Source: Rhodosalinus sp. (GTDB taxonomy: Bacteria; Pseudomonadota; Alphaproteobacteria; Rhodobacterales; Rhodobacteraceae). Taken from it: a DNA stretch of 64,000 nucleotides. Location: assembly GCF_046542825.1 (NCBI RefSeq), contig NZ_JBKHAQ010000002.1, positions 5,407-69,406 of the forward strand, given 5' to 3'. The position numbers and the translations under genes were made by a program. The notes under the pieces are model-generated. The model did not search any database. It had not been told where the DNA came from and saw only the letters and a list, made by a program, of their open reading frames with translations. Shown piece after piece: positions 8,811-18,414 of the stretch; the stretch's first letter is position 1; each line of letters opens with the position of its first letter.

Positions 8811-10241
8811 ATGGCTGCGCGCTTCGACTGGTTCGTCGTCTTCGCCGAGATGCGGACGGGCTCCAATTTCCTGGAGGCCAATCTCAACGCGCTCGACGGC
8901 GTGGAGTGCCACGGAGAGGCGTTCAACCCGCATTTCATCGGCTATCCGAACCGGTCGGAGGTGCTGGGCGTGGGTCTGGCAGAGCGGGACGCCGAGCCGG
9001 CGCGCCTGCTGACCGCGATCCGGCACGCGCCCGGCGTGCTGGCGGGCTTTCGCTATTTCCACGACCACGATCCGCGTGTGCTGGACGAGATACTCGGCGA
9101 TCCGCGCTGCGCCAAGATCGTGCTGACCCGCAATCCGCTCGACAGCTATGTCTCGTGGAAAATCGCGCAGGCGACGGGACAGTGGAAGCTGACCAACGTC
9201 ACCAGGCGGAAAGAGGGTCTGGCGCAGTTCGACCCGGTGGAATTCGAGGCCCATGTCGCCGCGCTGCAGGACTTCCAGCGCCGGCTCATGCACGCGCTTC
9301 AGACAAGCGGGCAGAGCGCCTTCTACATAGGCTACGACGACCTTCAGGACCTGGGCGTGATCAACGGTCTCGCCGCCTGGCTCGGCATCGCGGCACGGCT
9401 GGATGACCTCGACCGCTCGCTCAAGCGGCAGAACCCCGAGCCGGTCACCGAAAAGCTTGCCAACCCCGAGGCGCTGGCAGAGGGCCTCGCGCGGCTCGAC
9501 CGCTTCGACCTGGGCCGCACGCCGAACTTCGAGCCGCCGCGCCGCCCGGCGATCCCCGGCTGGGTCGCGGCACCGCGGGCGCGCGTGCTCTATGCCCCGG
9601 TGCGCGGCGGGCCCGAGGCGGAGGTGCGCGCCTGGCTCGCCGGGCTCGACGGGGCAGGGGAGGGCGCGCTGCTGCGCGACTTCACGCAAGGCACGCTGCG
9701 CAAGTGGCTGCGCGCGGCGCCCGGTCACCGCAGCCTGACCGTCCTGCGCCACCCTCTGGCCCGGGCGCATCATGTCTTCTGCACCCGGATCCTGCCCACC
9801 GGCGGGGGAAGCTTCGCCCGCGTCCGCCGCGTGATCCGGCGCACCCACGCGATCGACCTGCCGGACGACTGGCCCGACGCGGGCTGGACCGAAGACCGGC
9901 ACCGTGCGGCGTTCGAGGGGTTCCTTGGCTTTCTCAAGGACAACCTGGCCGGCAACACCAACCTGCGGATCGCCGGCGAATGGTGCTCGCAGAGCGCGGC
10001 GCTTCAGGGCATGGGCGACTTCGCGCCGCCCGACTTCGTGCTGCGCGAGGACGAGATGGCCGAGTGGCTGCCGCGGATCGCGGCCGCAGCAGGCCGGCCG
10101 CATGCGCCGCCGCCGCCGGAGGCCGCGCCTGACGCGCCATTCACCCTGGCCGCCATTCACGACGCCGGGCTGGAACGCCGCGCGCGCGAGGTCTACGCGC
10201 GCGATTACGAGCGCTTCGGTTTTGGTAACTGGCGCGGCTGA
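8811..10241 (+). CDS. NodH-like sulfotransferase, probably with two sulfotransferase-fold domains
   Basis: MRTGSNFLE (5'-PSB loop), LTRNPLDSYVS (3'-PB); second half has LRHPLARA and VYARDYERFGF typical of Sulfotransfer_2 proteins. Confidence 0.8.
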   Translation: MAARFDWFVVFAEMRTGSNFLEANLNALDGVECHGEAFNPHFIGYPNRSEVLGVGLAERDAEPARLLTAIRHAPGVLAGFRYFHDHDPRVLDEILGDPRCAKIVLTRNPLDSYVSWKIAQATGQWKLTNVTRRKEGLAQFDPVEFEAHVAALQDFQRRLMHALQTSGQSAFYIGYDDLQDLGVINGLAAWLGIAARLDDLDRSLKRQNPEPVTEKLANPEALAEGLARLDRFDLGRTPNFEPPRRPAIPGWVAAPRARVLYAPVRGGPEAEVRAWLAGLDGAGEGALLRDFTQGTLRKWLRAAPGHRSLTVLRHPLARAHHVFCTRILPTGGGSFARVRRVIRRTHAIDLPDDWPDAGWTEDRHRAAFEGFLGFLKDNLAGNTNLRIAGEWCSQSAALQGMGDFAPPDFVLREDEMAEWLPRIAAAAGRPHAPPPPEAAPDAPFTLAAIHDAGLERRAREVYARDYERFGFGNWRG

Positions 10242-10298
10242 CGCACGCGGCGGTTCGCTGATCCGGGTCCGGGGGCGTTCGGGCCGGCAGACGCCCGG

Positions 10299-10763
10299 TC
10301 AGGCCGCCTTGACGCCCTGTGCCTCGGTCAGGATGGCGTGCAGCTTGGCCGGGTTAGGGTTGGCGCGCAGCTTGGCGCAGATGCCATTGTCGCGCAGCGT
10401 GCGCGCGACCAGCGCCAGCGCCTTCAGATGCTCCACCCCGGCCTCTTCCGGTGCGAAGAGCGCAAGGGCGATATCCACGGGCTGCCGGTCCACCGCGTCG
10501 AAATCCACCGGCTTTTCCAGCAGGATCAGAACGCCGCGCATTTCGTCCAGACCGGTCAGCCGCGCATGCGGCAGCGCCACACCGTGGCCCACACCGGTGG
10601 GGCCCAGCGCCTCGCGCTCCAGAAGCGCGTGCATTGCGGCGGAAGCGTCGATGCCGTAGGCGGCCTCGGCGAGGTCGGCAAGATCATGGATCAGCCGCTT
10701 CTTGCTGGATGCGGCGGTCACCACCCGAACGGCATCGGGCTTCACGAGGGTGCTGAGCGTCAT
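10299..10763 (-). CDS. ptsN: PTS IIA-like nitrogen regulatory protein
   Basis: EREALGPTGVGHGVALPHAR; FDAVDRQPVD. Confidence 0.93.
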   Translation of the reverse strand: MTLSTLVKPDAVRVVTAASSKKRLIHDLADLAEAAYGIDASAAMHALLEREALGPTGVGHGVALPHARLTGLDEMRGVLILLEKPVDFDAVDRQPVDIALALFAPEEAGVEHLKALALVARTLRDNGICAKLRANPNPAKLHAILTEAQGVKAA

Positions 10764-10809
10764 GTCCTGCCCGTTCTCCGGCCGTGTGGCGCCGGAATGA
10801 CCGTGTCTC

Positions 10810-11382
10810 TCAGGCCGAACCCTGCGGTTCGATCCAGCCGATGTTTCCGTCGTCGCGCTTGTAGACGACGTTAACGCCCTGTCGGGCCTCGTTGCGAAAG
10901 ACGAGCACAGGAACCCCGGCCAGTTCCATCCGCATCACCGCCTCGCCCACCGAGAGCGACGGGATCTCCGTCTGGGTCTCGGCCACGATCACCGGCTGCA
11001 GCGTCTCCGGCTCCGAGTCGTCCTCGCCATCCGCGGCGAGGATATACGAGGAGGCGCGCATGACTTCAACGGCTTCCGGACGCGGCCGGTGATGATCTTT
11101 CAACCTGCGCTTGTAACGGCGCAGCTGCTTTTCCATCTTGGCACAGCACGCGTCGAAGGCGGCGTAGATCTCGGTCGCGGCGGCCTTGGCCTGCGCGGTC
11201 AGTCCGCTTGACAGATGCACGGTCGCCTCGCAGACATACTCGTGCGCGCTTTTCGAGAACACCACCTGTGCGTCCGTGGGGCGGTTGGCGTATTTTTCCA
11301 GCGCCTCCCCGAGGTCGGTCTCCACATGGGCCCGCAGCGCCTCGCCGATGTCGATCTGTTTGCCCGTGATCTGATAACGCAT
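10810..11382 (-). CDS. hpf: Ribosome hibernation promoting factor (long HPF/RaiA)
   Basis: MRYQITGKQIDIGEAL, KMEKQLRRYKRRLKDHH, VVYKRDDGNIGWI; AAAGGAG RBS. Confidence 0.93.
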   Translation of the reverse strand: MRYQITGKQIDIGEALRAHVETDLGEALEKYANRPTDAQVVFSKSAHEYVCEATVHLSSGLTAQAKAAATEIYAAFDACCAKMEKQLRRYKRRLKDHHRPRPEAVEVMRASSYILAADGEDDSEPETLQPVIVAETQTEIPSLSVGEAVMRMELAGVPVLVFRNEARQGVNVVYKRDDGNIGWIEPQGSA

Positions 11383-11619
11383 CCGCTCTCCTTTCGCGCA
11401 AGGTCTGTCCCCGGCGCGCCCGCTTGCGCGCCCGTCCCTGTCAAGGGGCAGTGCCGATGGACGTGGCAGGCGTGTGTGACGGCCTTCGCGCGCCGTGCGC
11501 GCGCCGCTCCGCGTTTGCTGTGCCGCGACCCTCATGGTCCCATTTGACGGGAGTTCGGACGGCTCTGTCAATCTCGACGGGTGCGTCGCGCGCGGGAATG
11601 GGGGCTGGCAGGCGCCGCT

Positions 11620-12378
11620 TCAGAGAATGCGGAAGTTCTCGCCCAGGTAGACACGGCGCACGTTTTCGTTGCGCACCACCTCCTCGGGGCTGCCCGACAT
11701 CAGCATGGTGCCGTCGTGCAGGATATAGGCGCGGTCCACGATCTCGAGCGTCTCGCGCACGTTGTGGTCGGTGATGAGCACACCGATGCCGCGCGTCTTC
11801 AGCTCCGCCACGAGGTGCCGGATGTCGCCCACGCTTATCGGATCGACCCCGGCGAAGGGCTCGTCGAGCAGCAGGTACTTGGGGTCGGCGGCAAGGCAGC
11901 GCGCGATCTCGACCCGCCGCCGCTCGCCGCCCGAGAGCGCCAGCGCCGGCGCCCGGCGCAGGTGCTCGATCGAGAAATCGGACAGCAGTTCTTCCAGCCG
12001 TTCGCGCCGCTTGTGCCGGTCGCGGACCGAGATGTCGAGCACGGCCAGGATGTTGTCCTCGACGCTGAGGCCACGAAAGATCGACGTTTCCTGCGGCAGG
12101 TAGCCGATGCCCATGCGCGCCCGGCGATACATCGGCAGCGCGGTCACGTCGCGCCCGTCCACCAGCACCTGCCCGCCCTCCGGGAAAACGAGCCCTGCGA
12201 TGGCGTAGAAGCAGGTCGTCTTGCCCGACCCGTTGGGGCCCAGCAGACCGACCACCTCGCCGCGGTGCAACTCCATGCTGACGTCGCGGATCACCACGCG
12301 CCTGCGGTAGCTCTTGCGCAGGTGACGCACCAGCAGGCCCTGATCGCCCTCCGTGACGGACAGCTGCGGCGCGGTCAC
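11620..12378 (-). CDS. lptB: LPS export ABC transporter ATP-binding protein
   Basis: [48 protein letters not shown]. Confidence 0.96.
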   Translation of the reverse strand: MTAPQLSVTEGDQGLLVRHLRKSYRRRVVIRDVSMELHRGEVVGLLGPNGSGKTTCFYAIAGLVFPEGGQVLVDGRDVTALPMYRRARMGIGYLPQETSIFRGLSVEDNILAVLDISVRDRHKRRERLEELLSDFSIEHLRRAPALALSGGERRRVEIARCLAADPKYLLLDEPFAGVDPISVGDIRHLVAELKTRGIGVLITDHNVRETLEIVDRAYILHDGTMLMSGSPEEVVRNENVRRVYLGENFRIL

Positions 12379-12896
12379 TGGGCCTGTCCCTGCGGCCGCA
12401 GGACCGTGCGGACCCGGCCGGCCAGCTCGGCGCGGCCGGTCTCCAGAGTCACCTCCATGCGCTCGGACGCCACGGTGGCGCGGCCCTGGGTCAGAAGAAC
12501 GTTGCCAGACATCACGATCCGCCCGTTCTCGACATCGTAGTCGGCGCGCTGCGCCTCGGCCGCGTCCTCGCCGCTGACCAACAGGACGCCTCCGCTCGCC
12601 TCGAGGCGCCGGATGCTGTCGCCGGCTTCACCGTAGACGACACGCACTTCGGGTGCAGACAGCCGCAGCTCGCCCTGCACGATCATGACGTCGCCCCGGA
12701 AGACGGCGGTGCCGCCGTCCTGATCGACCGAGAGCGTTTCGGCCGTGACCTCGACAGGGGCCTCGGGATCGACCGCGCCGTCACCGAAGCCGGTCTGCGT
12801 GCCCTGTGCCAGTCCCGACGTCACGGGAAGCGACCAGAGCGAAGCCACAAGAATGAGTTGGCGCGCAACTTTCAATATGAAAAAACCGCTATTCAC
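12375..12896 (-). CDS. lptA: LPS transport periplasmic protein (OstA/LptA family); true start may be TTG 12875
   Basis: Signal peptide; [15 protein letters not shown] and GRVRTVL beta-jellyroll pattern; directly upstream of lptB. Confidence 0.88.
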   Translation of the reverse strand: MNSGFFILKVARQLILVASLWSLPVTSGLAQGTQTGFGDGAVDPEAPVEVTAETLSVDQDGGTAVFRGDVMIVQGELRLSAPEVRVVYGEAGDSIRRLEASGGVLLVSGEDAAEAQRADYDVENGRIVMSGNVLLTQGRATVASERMEVTLETGRAELAGRVRTVLRPQGQAQ

Positions 12897-13497
12897 TTCC
12901 AGGCTCGTATAGCAGCTTGACCCCCTCGGTGAAAAGCAGCCTTGCGCCCGTTTCGCCGGTCGCTCCCTCGACCTGCAGCCGCCCGGCTTCGATCCGGCCG
13001 GCGGGGCCGCGCCCTGTCACCGGTCCGCCGCTGTCCATCGCCAGCCGCTCGAGCTGGATGCGAAATCGTTCCGCCGCGACCCGGTATCCCACCGAACTCT
13101 CGACTTCGACGCCCCCGGCAAGCTGCACATAGCCTTCCGTTTCGTCCAGCAGGCCGGTCCGGGCAGCGAGCCGGATCTGGCTGCCGTCCGGCAGGTCGGC
13201 CATGGCGCGCAATTCTTCGGTGACGGCCCGACCCTCTGCCCCGGGCTCGGGCAATGCGCGGCGCGCCGTGACGGTCAGCCTGGTGCCATCCTCGGTCACA
13301 CCCGCGAAGGACGGCCGTGTCACCTGTTCGCCTGCCTGCCGCTCGGCTGGCCGCCCTTCGACCCATCGCGGCGCCTCGGCCGGTTCGTGCGACCGCGCCA
13401 GCAGGAAGAGCACTGACAGAAGGCCAAGCGCTGCCAGAGGCAGCAGGATCTTCAGCCATGCCACAAGCAGGGAGTAGGTGTTGTCGCCAACCGCCAT
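12889..13497 (-). CDS. lptC: LPS export periplasmic protein LptC
   Basis: N-terminal TM LKILLPLAALGLLSVLFL; C-terminal LLFTEGVKLLYEP; position before lptA-lptB. Confidence 0.8.
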   Translation of the reverse strand: MAVGDNTYSLLVAWLKILLPLAALGLLSVLFLLARSHEPAEAPRWVEGRPAERQAGEQVTRPSFAGVTEDGTRLTVTARRALPEPGAEGRAVTEELRAMADLPDGSQIRLAARTGLLDETEGYVQLAGGVEVESSVGYRVAAERFRIQLERLAMDSGGPVTGRGPAGRIEAGRLQVEGATGETGARLLFTEGVKLLYEPGSE

Positions 13498-13534
13498 CGT
13501 GGGCCCGTGGTTGCGCGCTGCCAAAGCCGCCCGC

Positions 13535-14146
13535 TCAGTGGGAGAATATGTCCTCGTCCGGCCAGCCGGCGAGGTCCAGCTGCGCGCGTGTGGGAAGAAA
13601 GTCGAAGCAGGCCCTCGCCAGATCGAGCCGACCCTCGCGCACCAGCATCGACTCCAGTGCCGCTTTCAGTCGGTGCAAATAGAGGACATCGGAGGCGGCA
13701 TAGTCGCGCTGGGCAGGCGTCAGCACGGGTGAGCCCCAGTCGCTGGACTGCTGCTGCTTCGAGATGTCGATGCCAAGCAGTTCCTGGGTCAGGACCTTCA
13801 GACCGTGGCGATCCGTGTAGGTCCGCACGAGCTTGGATGCGATCTTGGTGCACCACACCGGCGCCGCGAGGCTGCCGAAGGCGTTGCATAGCGCCGCGAT
13901 GTCGAAGCGCCCGAAGTGAAAGAGCTTCAGCACCTCCGGGTTCTCCAGCATCGCCTGCAGGTTGGGCGCCGCGCGCTGGCCCTGTGCGATCTGGACCAGG
14001 TGGGCGGCGCCGTCGCCGGCCGAAAGCTGCACGAGGCAGAGCCGGTCACGAAACGGATTGAGCCCCATGGTTTCGCAATCGACGGCGACCACGGGACCAA
14101 GGCCCAGGTCGTCCGGCAGGTCGCCCTGGTGAAGTGTCACGCTCAT
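13535..14146 (-). CDS. rnd: Ribonuclease D-like 3'-5' exonuclease
   Basis: AVDCETMGL, DRLCLVQL, FHFGRFD, QQSSDW, YAASDV (DEDDy). Confidence 0.92.
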   Translation of the reverse strand: MSVTLHQGDLPDDLGLGPVVAVDCETMGLNPFRDRLCLVQLSAGDGAAHLVQIAQGQRAAPNLQAMLENPEVLKLFHFGRFDIAALCNAFGSLAAPVWCTKIASKLVRTYTDRHGLKVLTQELLGIDISKQQQSSDWGSPVLTPAQRDYAASDVLYLHRLKAALESMLVREGRLDLARACFDFLPTRAQLDLAGWPDEDIFSH

Positions 14147-14936
14147 CCGTATCCTCGCCGTCGCAGCGTCTTGGGGTGGCCATTAGTGGCTTGTCGCTGA
14201 GGTTGCAACTCCGTGCTGCGTGGCCGGGACGTCCGCGCGATGCCCGAAAATTGCCACGTTTCGGGGCGCGGTCCGGGCCGATTCGCGGGGTCGCCTTGCG
14301 CTCTCTCCCCGATATTCCGAAATTGAAATATTACGTGATGCAATCCTGAGTTGCATCTTTGCCGGCCACCGGACGCTGTTGACCAACAACGGCATCGCGC
14401 AGGCCGTGACAAGACGTGATCCCGCGTAATCCCGTGATATCCGAAGGATCGCGCGCTCTCGAGAAACGGTCGTTGCGTTTCGGGAGGCGAAACGCTGCAC
14501 CAGACAGGAATGTATCCTGCTTTCGGACAATCTTCCGGCGTGCAACCTGGGCGAAACTGCTGCGTCAACCCCCGGCGACTCCGCCTGCAGCACAGGCTTC
14601 GTGCCCATCTTGCCGCTAGGTCCGCACAGCTGGGCGCGCATCCGGTTTCGCTTGAAGGTTGAACCCTGGCAAGGCTGCTTGACGCCCGCCATGCGCCACT
14701 GCATCTTCCTGATTAATGGAGAAAAAATGGCGAGAATGAGAATTGTCTGCGATGTGGTTCCGCATCGCGGCAACCGGAAACGGTGAGGACAGGTCGACAC
14801 TCCTGGAGACTTCGGACCGGTGCGTCTCCGGCCTGCGGCAAGGATCGCAGGAAGGAGCCAGGTTTCCTCGGGACTGGGGCTGCCCGAGCGACCGTGGGTC
14901 GGGAGAGGTCGCGAGCGTCGCGGATGGAGAACAACG

Positions 14937-15629
14937 ATGACTGTTGAATTGCGTCAGCCCCTTCCGACTGCCGAGGCGATGCCCGCTCCGTCGACGGCGT
15001 CCCGTATCGATCGCGTGAACCGCGGCCTCTACCGTACCGGCGGCAAACGGGTGCTCGACATCGTGCTGGCCCTTCTGGCGCTGCCGGCGGTGGTCTTCGT
15101 GCTCTTGCCCTTCGTGCTTCTGGTCGCGCTGGACGGGGGCAGACCGTTCTACCGGCAGGCGCGCCTTGGTCGGGATGCCCGCGTTTTCGGAATGTGGAAG
15201 CTGCGCAGCATGGTGCCCGACGCCGAGCGGCTGCTGGAGAGCCATCTCGCGGCGCATCCGGAGGCGCGTGCCGAGTGGCAGCGCGACCAGAAGCTGCGCA
15301 ACGATCCGCGCATCACGCGCGTGGGGCGCTTCATCCGCCGCACCTCGATCGACGAGCTGCCGCAGCTCTGGAACGTCCTTCTGGGCGACATGTCCCTGGT
15401 CGGGCCGCGCCCGATGTTGCCCGAGCAGCGAGACCTCTATCCGGGCATAGCCTATTATGCCATGCGTCCGGGCATCACCGGGTACTGGCAGACTTCGGTT
15501 CGCAACGAGTCGAGCTTTGCCGAGCGGGCGCTTTACGACACCTCGTATTTCCGCGACCTGTCGCTGCGCACCGATCTGAGGGTGCTGCTCGACACGGTCC
15601 GTGTCCTGGCGGCACCGACCGGGCGCTGA
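14937..15629 (+). CDS. Priming sugar-phosphate transferase (ExoY/WcaJ-type bacterial sugar transferase)
   Basis: KRVLD, WKLRSM, DPRITRVGRFIRRTSIDELPQLWNVLLGDMSLVGPRP, RPGITGYWQ; GGAGA RBS. Confidence 0.92.
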   Translation: MTVELRQPLPTAEAMPAPSTASRIDRVNRGLYRTGGKRVLDIVLALLALPAVVFVLLPFVLLVALDGGRPFYRQARLGRDARVFGMWKLRSMVPDAERLLESHLAAHPEARAEWQRDQKLRNDPRITRVGRFIRRTSIDELPQLWNVLLGDMSLVGPRPMLPEQRDLYPGIAYYAMRPGITGYWQTSVRNESSFAERALYDTSYFRDLSLRTDLRVLLDTVRVLAAPTGR

Positions 15630-15744
15630 AACACGCCCGCGTGCGCGGAATGCGCGACACGCGGCTTCGAACGTGCTAGCGAAGGGTGTTGCGGCCAGTC
15701 ACGGGCCGTGACGGGGGCGTCGAACGGGATCTGGTGGCGGGACG

Positions 15745-17136
15745 ATGCCCAACGCCCTTGCATATTTCATGATCATGCTGTGGCCGGTGGTCACCGTCAT
15801 GCTTTTTCGAAAGCTGCCGGCGGACCGTGCGCTGATCTGGTCGATGATCGGGGCGTATCTGGTCCTGCCGCCTGCGCCCGCCGGGTTCGACTATCCGCTG
15901 GTCCCGCCGTTGACCAAGGACACGCTGCCGCCGCTGGTCGCCTTCGTGGCCATCGTGACGATGACCAGTCCCAAGCGCCCCTTCCTGCCGGAGAGCCCGA
16001 TCGGCCGCGTGCTGCTGGCGATCTTCATGCTGTCGCCGTTTCCGACGGTGCTGACCAATACCGAGCCGCTGAGTTTCGGACGGACCTACATCCTGGGACT
16101 TCAGCTCAAGGACGCGGTGTCGCTCATGGTTCAGCAATTCCTGCTGATCCTGCCGTTTCTCATGGCCCGGCAGCTTCTGGTGTCGGCGGAAAGCCAGCGG
16201 GCACTGCTCGTCGCGCTGGTTGCGGCGGCATCGGTGTATACCCTTCCCATGCTCGTCGAACTGAGGATGAGCCCGCAGCTCAATACCTGGATCTACGGCT
16301 GGTTCCAGCACGACTTCTCGCAGATGATGCGCGGCGGCGGCTACCGTCCCATCGTGTTTCTCTACCATGCCCTGTGGCTGGCCTTTTTCATGGTAATGGC
16401 GGCGGTCTCTGCAACCGCGCTGCTGAAGACCGAGAGGCGAAACGCCCTGCGGGCCGTGTGGCTGGCCGCCATGATCTGGCTGGTGATCATCCTGGTGCTG
16501 ACGAAGAGCTACGCACCGATCCTCTACGCGCTCGTCCTGCTGCCGCTGGTCCTGTTTCTCGGCACGCGCCTGCAGATCGCGGCGGCTGCCTGCATCGCGC
16601 TCTTCGCGGTGTCCTACCCGATGCTCAAGGGGGTCGACATGATCCCCGCGCAGACCGTGCTCGCCGCCGCCGAGCGGGTCGATGCCACGCGGGCGCGGTC
16701 GCTCGAGTTCCGCTTCGACAACGAGGAGTTGTTGCTCGATCGTCTCGAGCAGAAGCCGCTTTTCGGATGGGGAACTTGGGGGCGCAATCATGTCCATAAC
16801 GAAGAGGGCCGCATGATCACGATCGCCGACGGGCGATGGATCATCACCATGGGCGTCTATGGCTGGGTCGGCTTCCTTGCGGAGTTCTGGCTGATCACCC
16901 TGCCGATCTTCATGATCTGGCGCGAAAGCCTGCGCAAGGACGATCCCGTTCCGCCCTACGCGGGGCCGCTCGCCCTGTTGCTGGCGGTCAATCTCTTCGA
17001 CATGATCCCCAATGCGACGCTCACGCCGCTGACGTGGCTGGTGGCCGGCGCGCTCTGGGGGTTCGCCGAAGAGCGTCAGGCGCGCGCCCGACGGCAAGCC
17101 GTTGCGGCCGCGCCTGTCTGGCGCTCGGTGATGTGA
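15745..17136 (+). CDS. Polytopic membrane protein, O-antigen ligase/polymerase (Wzy/WaaL)-like
   Basis: About 12 hydrophobic segments; late loop RARSLEFR...KPLFGWG; flanked by glycosyltransferases. Confidence 0.7.
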   Translation: MPNALAYFMIMLWPVVTVMLFRKLPADRALIWSMIGAYLVLPPAPAGFDYPLVPPLTKDTLPPLVAFVAIVTMTSPKRPFLPESPIGRVLLAIFMLSPFPTVLTNTEPLSFGRTYILGLQLKDAVSLMVQQFLLILPFLMARQLLVSAESQRALLVALVAAASVYTLPMLVELRMSPQLNTWIYGWFQHDFSQMMRGGGYRPIVFLYHALWLAFFMVMAAVSATALLKTERRNALRAVWLAAMIWLVIILVLTKSYAPILYALVLLPLVLFLGTRLQIAAAACIALFAVSYPMLKGVDMIPAQTVLAAAERVDATRARSLEFRFDNEELLLDRLEQKPLFGWGTWGRNHVHNEEGRMITIADGRWIITMGVYGWVGFLAEFWLITLPIFMIWRESLRKDDPVPPYAGPLALLLAVNLFDMIPNATLTPLTWLVAGALWGFAEERQARARRQAVAAAPVWRSVM

Positions 17137-17138
17137 CG

Positions 17139-18413
17139 ATGCGCCCGCGTGTGCTGCTGGTCGCCGAGGCGGCCAATCCCGAATGGGTCAGCGTGCCGCT
17201 CGTCGGCTGGTCGCTGGCGACTGCGCTGCGCGCCGTGGCCGACGTGCACATCGTCACCCAGGTGCGCAACCGCGACGCCTTCCTGCGAGCCGGGATGATC
17301 GAGGGCGAGGATTTCACGGCAATCGATTCAGAGGCGGTGCAGCGTCCCGTCTGGTGGCTGGGCGAGCGGCTGCGCATGGGGCAGGGGCGCGGATGGACCA
17401 CGCAGCAGGCGCTCGCCTCGCTCACCTACCCGTGGTTCGAGCGGCTGGTCTGGCGCCGCTTCGGCGACGCCCTCCGCGCGGGTCGCTATGACATCGTGCA
17501 TCGCGTCACACCGCTGAGCCCGACCGCGCCCAGCCCGCTGGCTGCGCGTTGCGCCCGCGCGGGCGTGCCCTTCGTCGTTGGACCGCTCAACGGCGGCGTG
17601 CCGTGGCCGCCGGGGTTCGAGGGCGAACGCCTGCGCGAACGCGAATTCCTGAGCTATCTGCGCGGCGCCTACCGGATGCTGCCGGGGCGGAGGGCGATGC
17701 TGCGCCACGCGGCGGCGATCCTCGTGGGCTCGCGCCATACCGAGAGCGAGGTGCCGGCGGCGCAGCGGGCAAAATGCGTCTACCTGCCGGAAAACGCGGT
17801 GGACCCTGCGCGCTTTTTCGATGCCGCCAGGCCCGCTGCCGCGCCGCTGACCGCTGCGTTCGTCGGTCGCATGGTGCCCTACAAGGGGCCCGACATGCTG
17901 ATCGAAGCGGCGGCGCACCTGCTGCGCGAAGGTCGCCTTGTGTTGCACATGGTGGGCGACGGGCCGATGATGCCGGCGCTGAGGGCGCAGGCCGAGGGGC
18001 TGCCGGGCCTGGTCTTTCACGGCTGGCTGCCGCACGAGCGGGTGCAGGCGGTCCTGTCGGAGTGCCACCTCCTGGCCTTTCCCTCGGTTCGCGAGTTCGG
18101 CGGCGGCGTCGTGCTCGAGGCGATGGCGACGGGGGTGGTGCCCCTGATCGTGGATTATGCAGGACCGGGCGAACTGGTGGGACCGGAGACGGGGATCAAG
18201 GTCCCGATCGGCCCGCGCGCGTCGATCGTCGCCGGCTTTGCCGGGGAACTGTCCCGTCTGGCCGATGCGCCGCGGACGCTGGCGCCGCTGGCCGCCGCGG
18301 GGCGCGCACGCGTGGCCGAAGCCTTCACCTGGCAGCGGAAGGCCGAACAGGTGGGCCGCGTCTACGAATGGGTGCTGGCCGGCCGCCCCGGCGCGGCCCC
18401 GGTGCTCGTCTGA
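17139..18413 (+). CDS. Glycosyltransferase family 4
   Basis: FVGRMVPYKG, VGDGP, FPSVREFGGGVVLEAMATG (EX7E). Confidence 0.9.
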   Translation: MRPRVLLVAEAANPEWVSVPLVGWSLATALRAVADVHIVTQVRNRDAFLRAGMIEGEDFTAIDSEAVQRPVWWLGERLRMGQGRGWTTQQALASLTYPWFERLVWRRFGDALRAGRYDIVHRVTPLSPTAPSPLAARCARAGVPFVVGPLNGGVPWPPGFEGERLREREFLSYLRGAYRMLPGRRAMLRHAAAILVGSRHTESEVPAAQRAKCVYLPENAVDPARFFDAARPAAAPLTAAFVGRMVPYKGPDMLIEAAAHLLREGRLVLHMVGDGPMMPALRAQAEGLPGLVFHGWLPHERVQAVLSECHLLAFPSVREFGGGVVLEAMATGVVPLIVDYAGPGELVGPETGIKVPIGPRASIVAGFAGELSRLADAPRTLAPLAAAGRARVAEAFTWQRKAEQVGRVYEWVLAGRPGAAPVLV

Positions 18414-18414
18414 T

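Noticed and set aside
11383-11619. Absence of rpoN between lptB and hpf
   Set aside because: Common in Rhodobacteraceae, where rpoN is elsewhere or absent; not remarkable by itself.
14662-14689. Minus-strand GCGGGCGT...CCTTGCCAGGGTT resembling the 5' end and anticodon arm of tRNA-Gly(GCC)
   Set aside because: No D-arm, no GTTCGA T-arm and no acceptor 3' strand; most likely chance.
14134-14934. Short ORFs in the rnd-sugar transferase intergenic region
   Set aside because: Atypical codon usage, mutually overlapping, and no recognisable domains.
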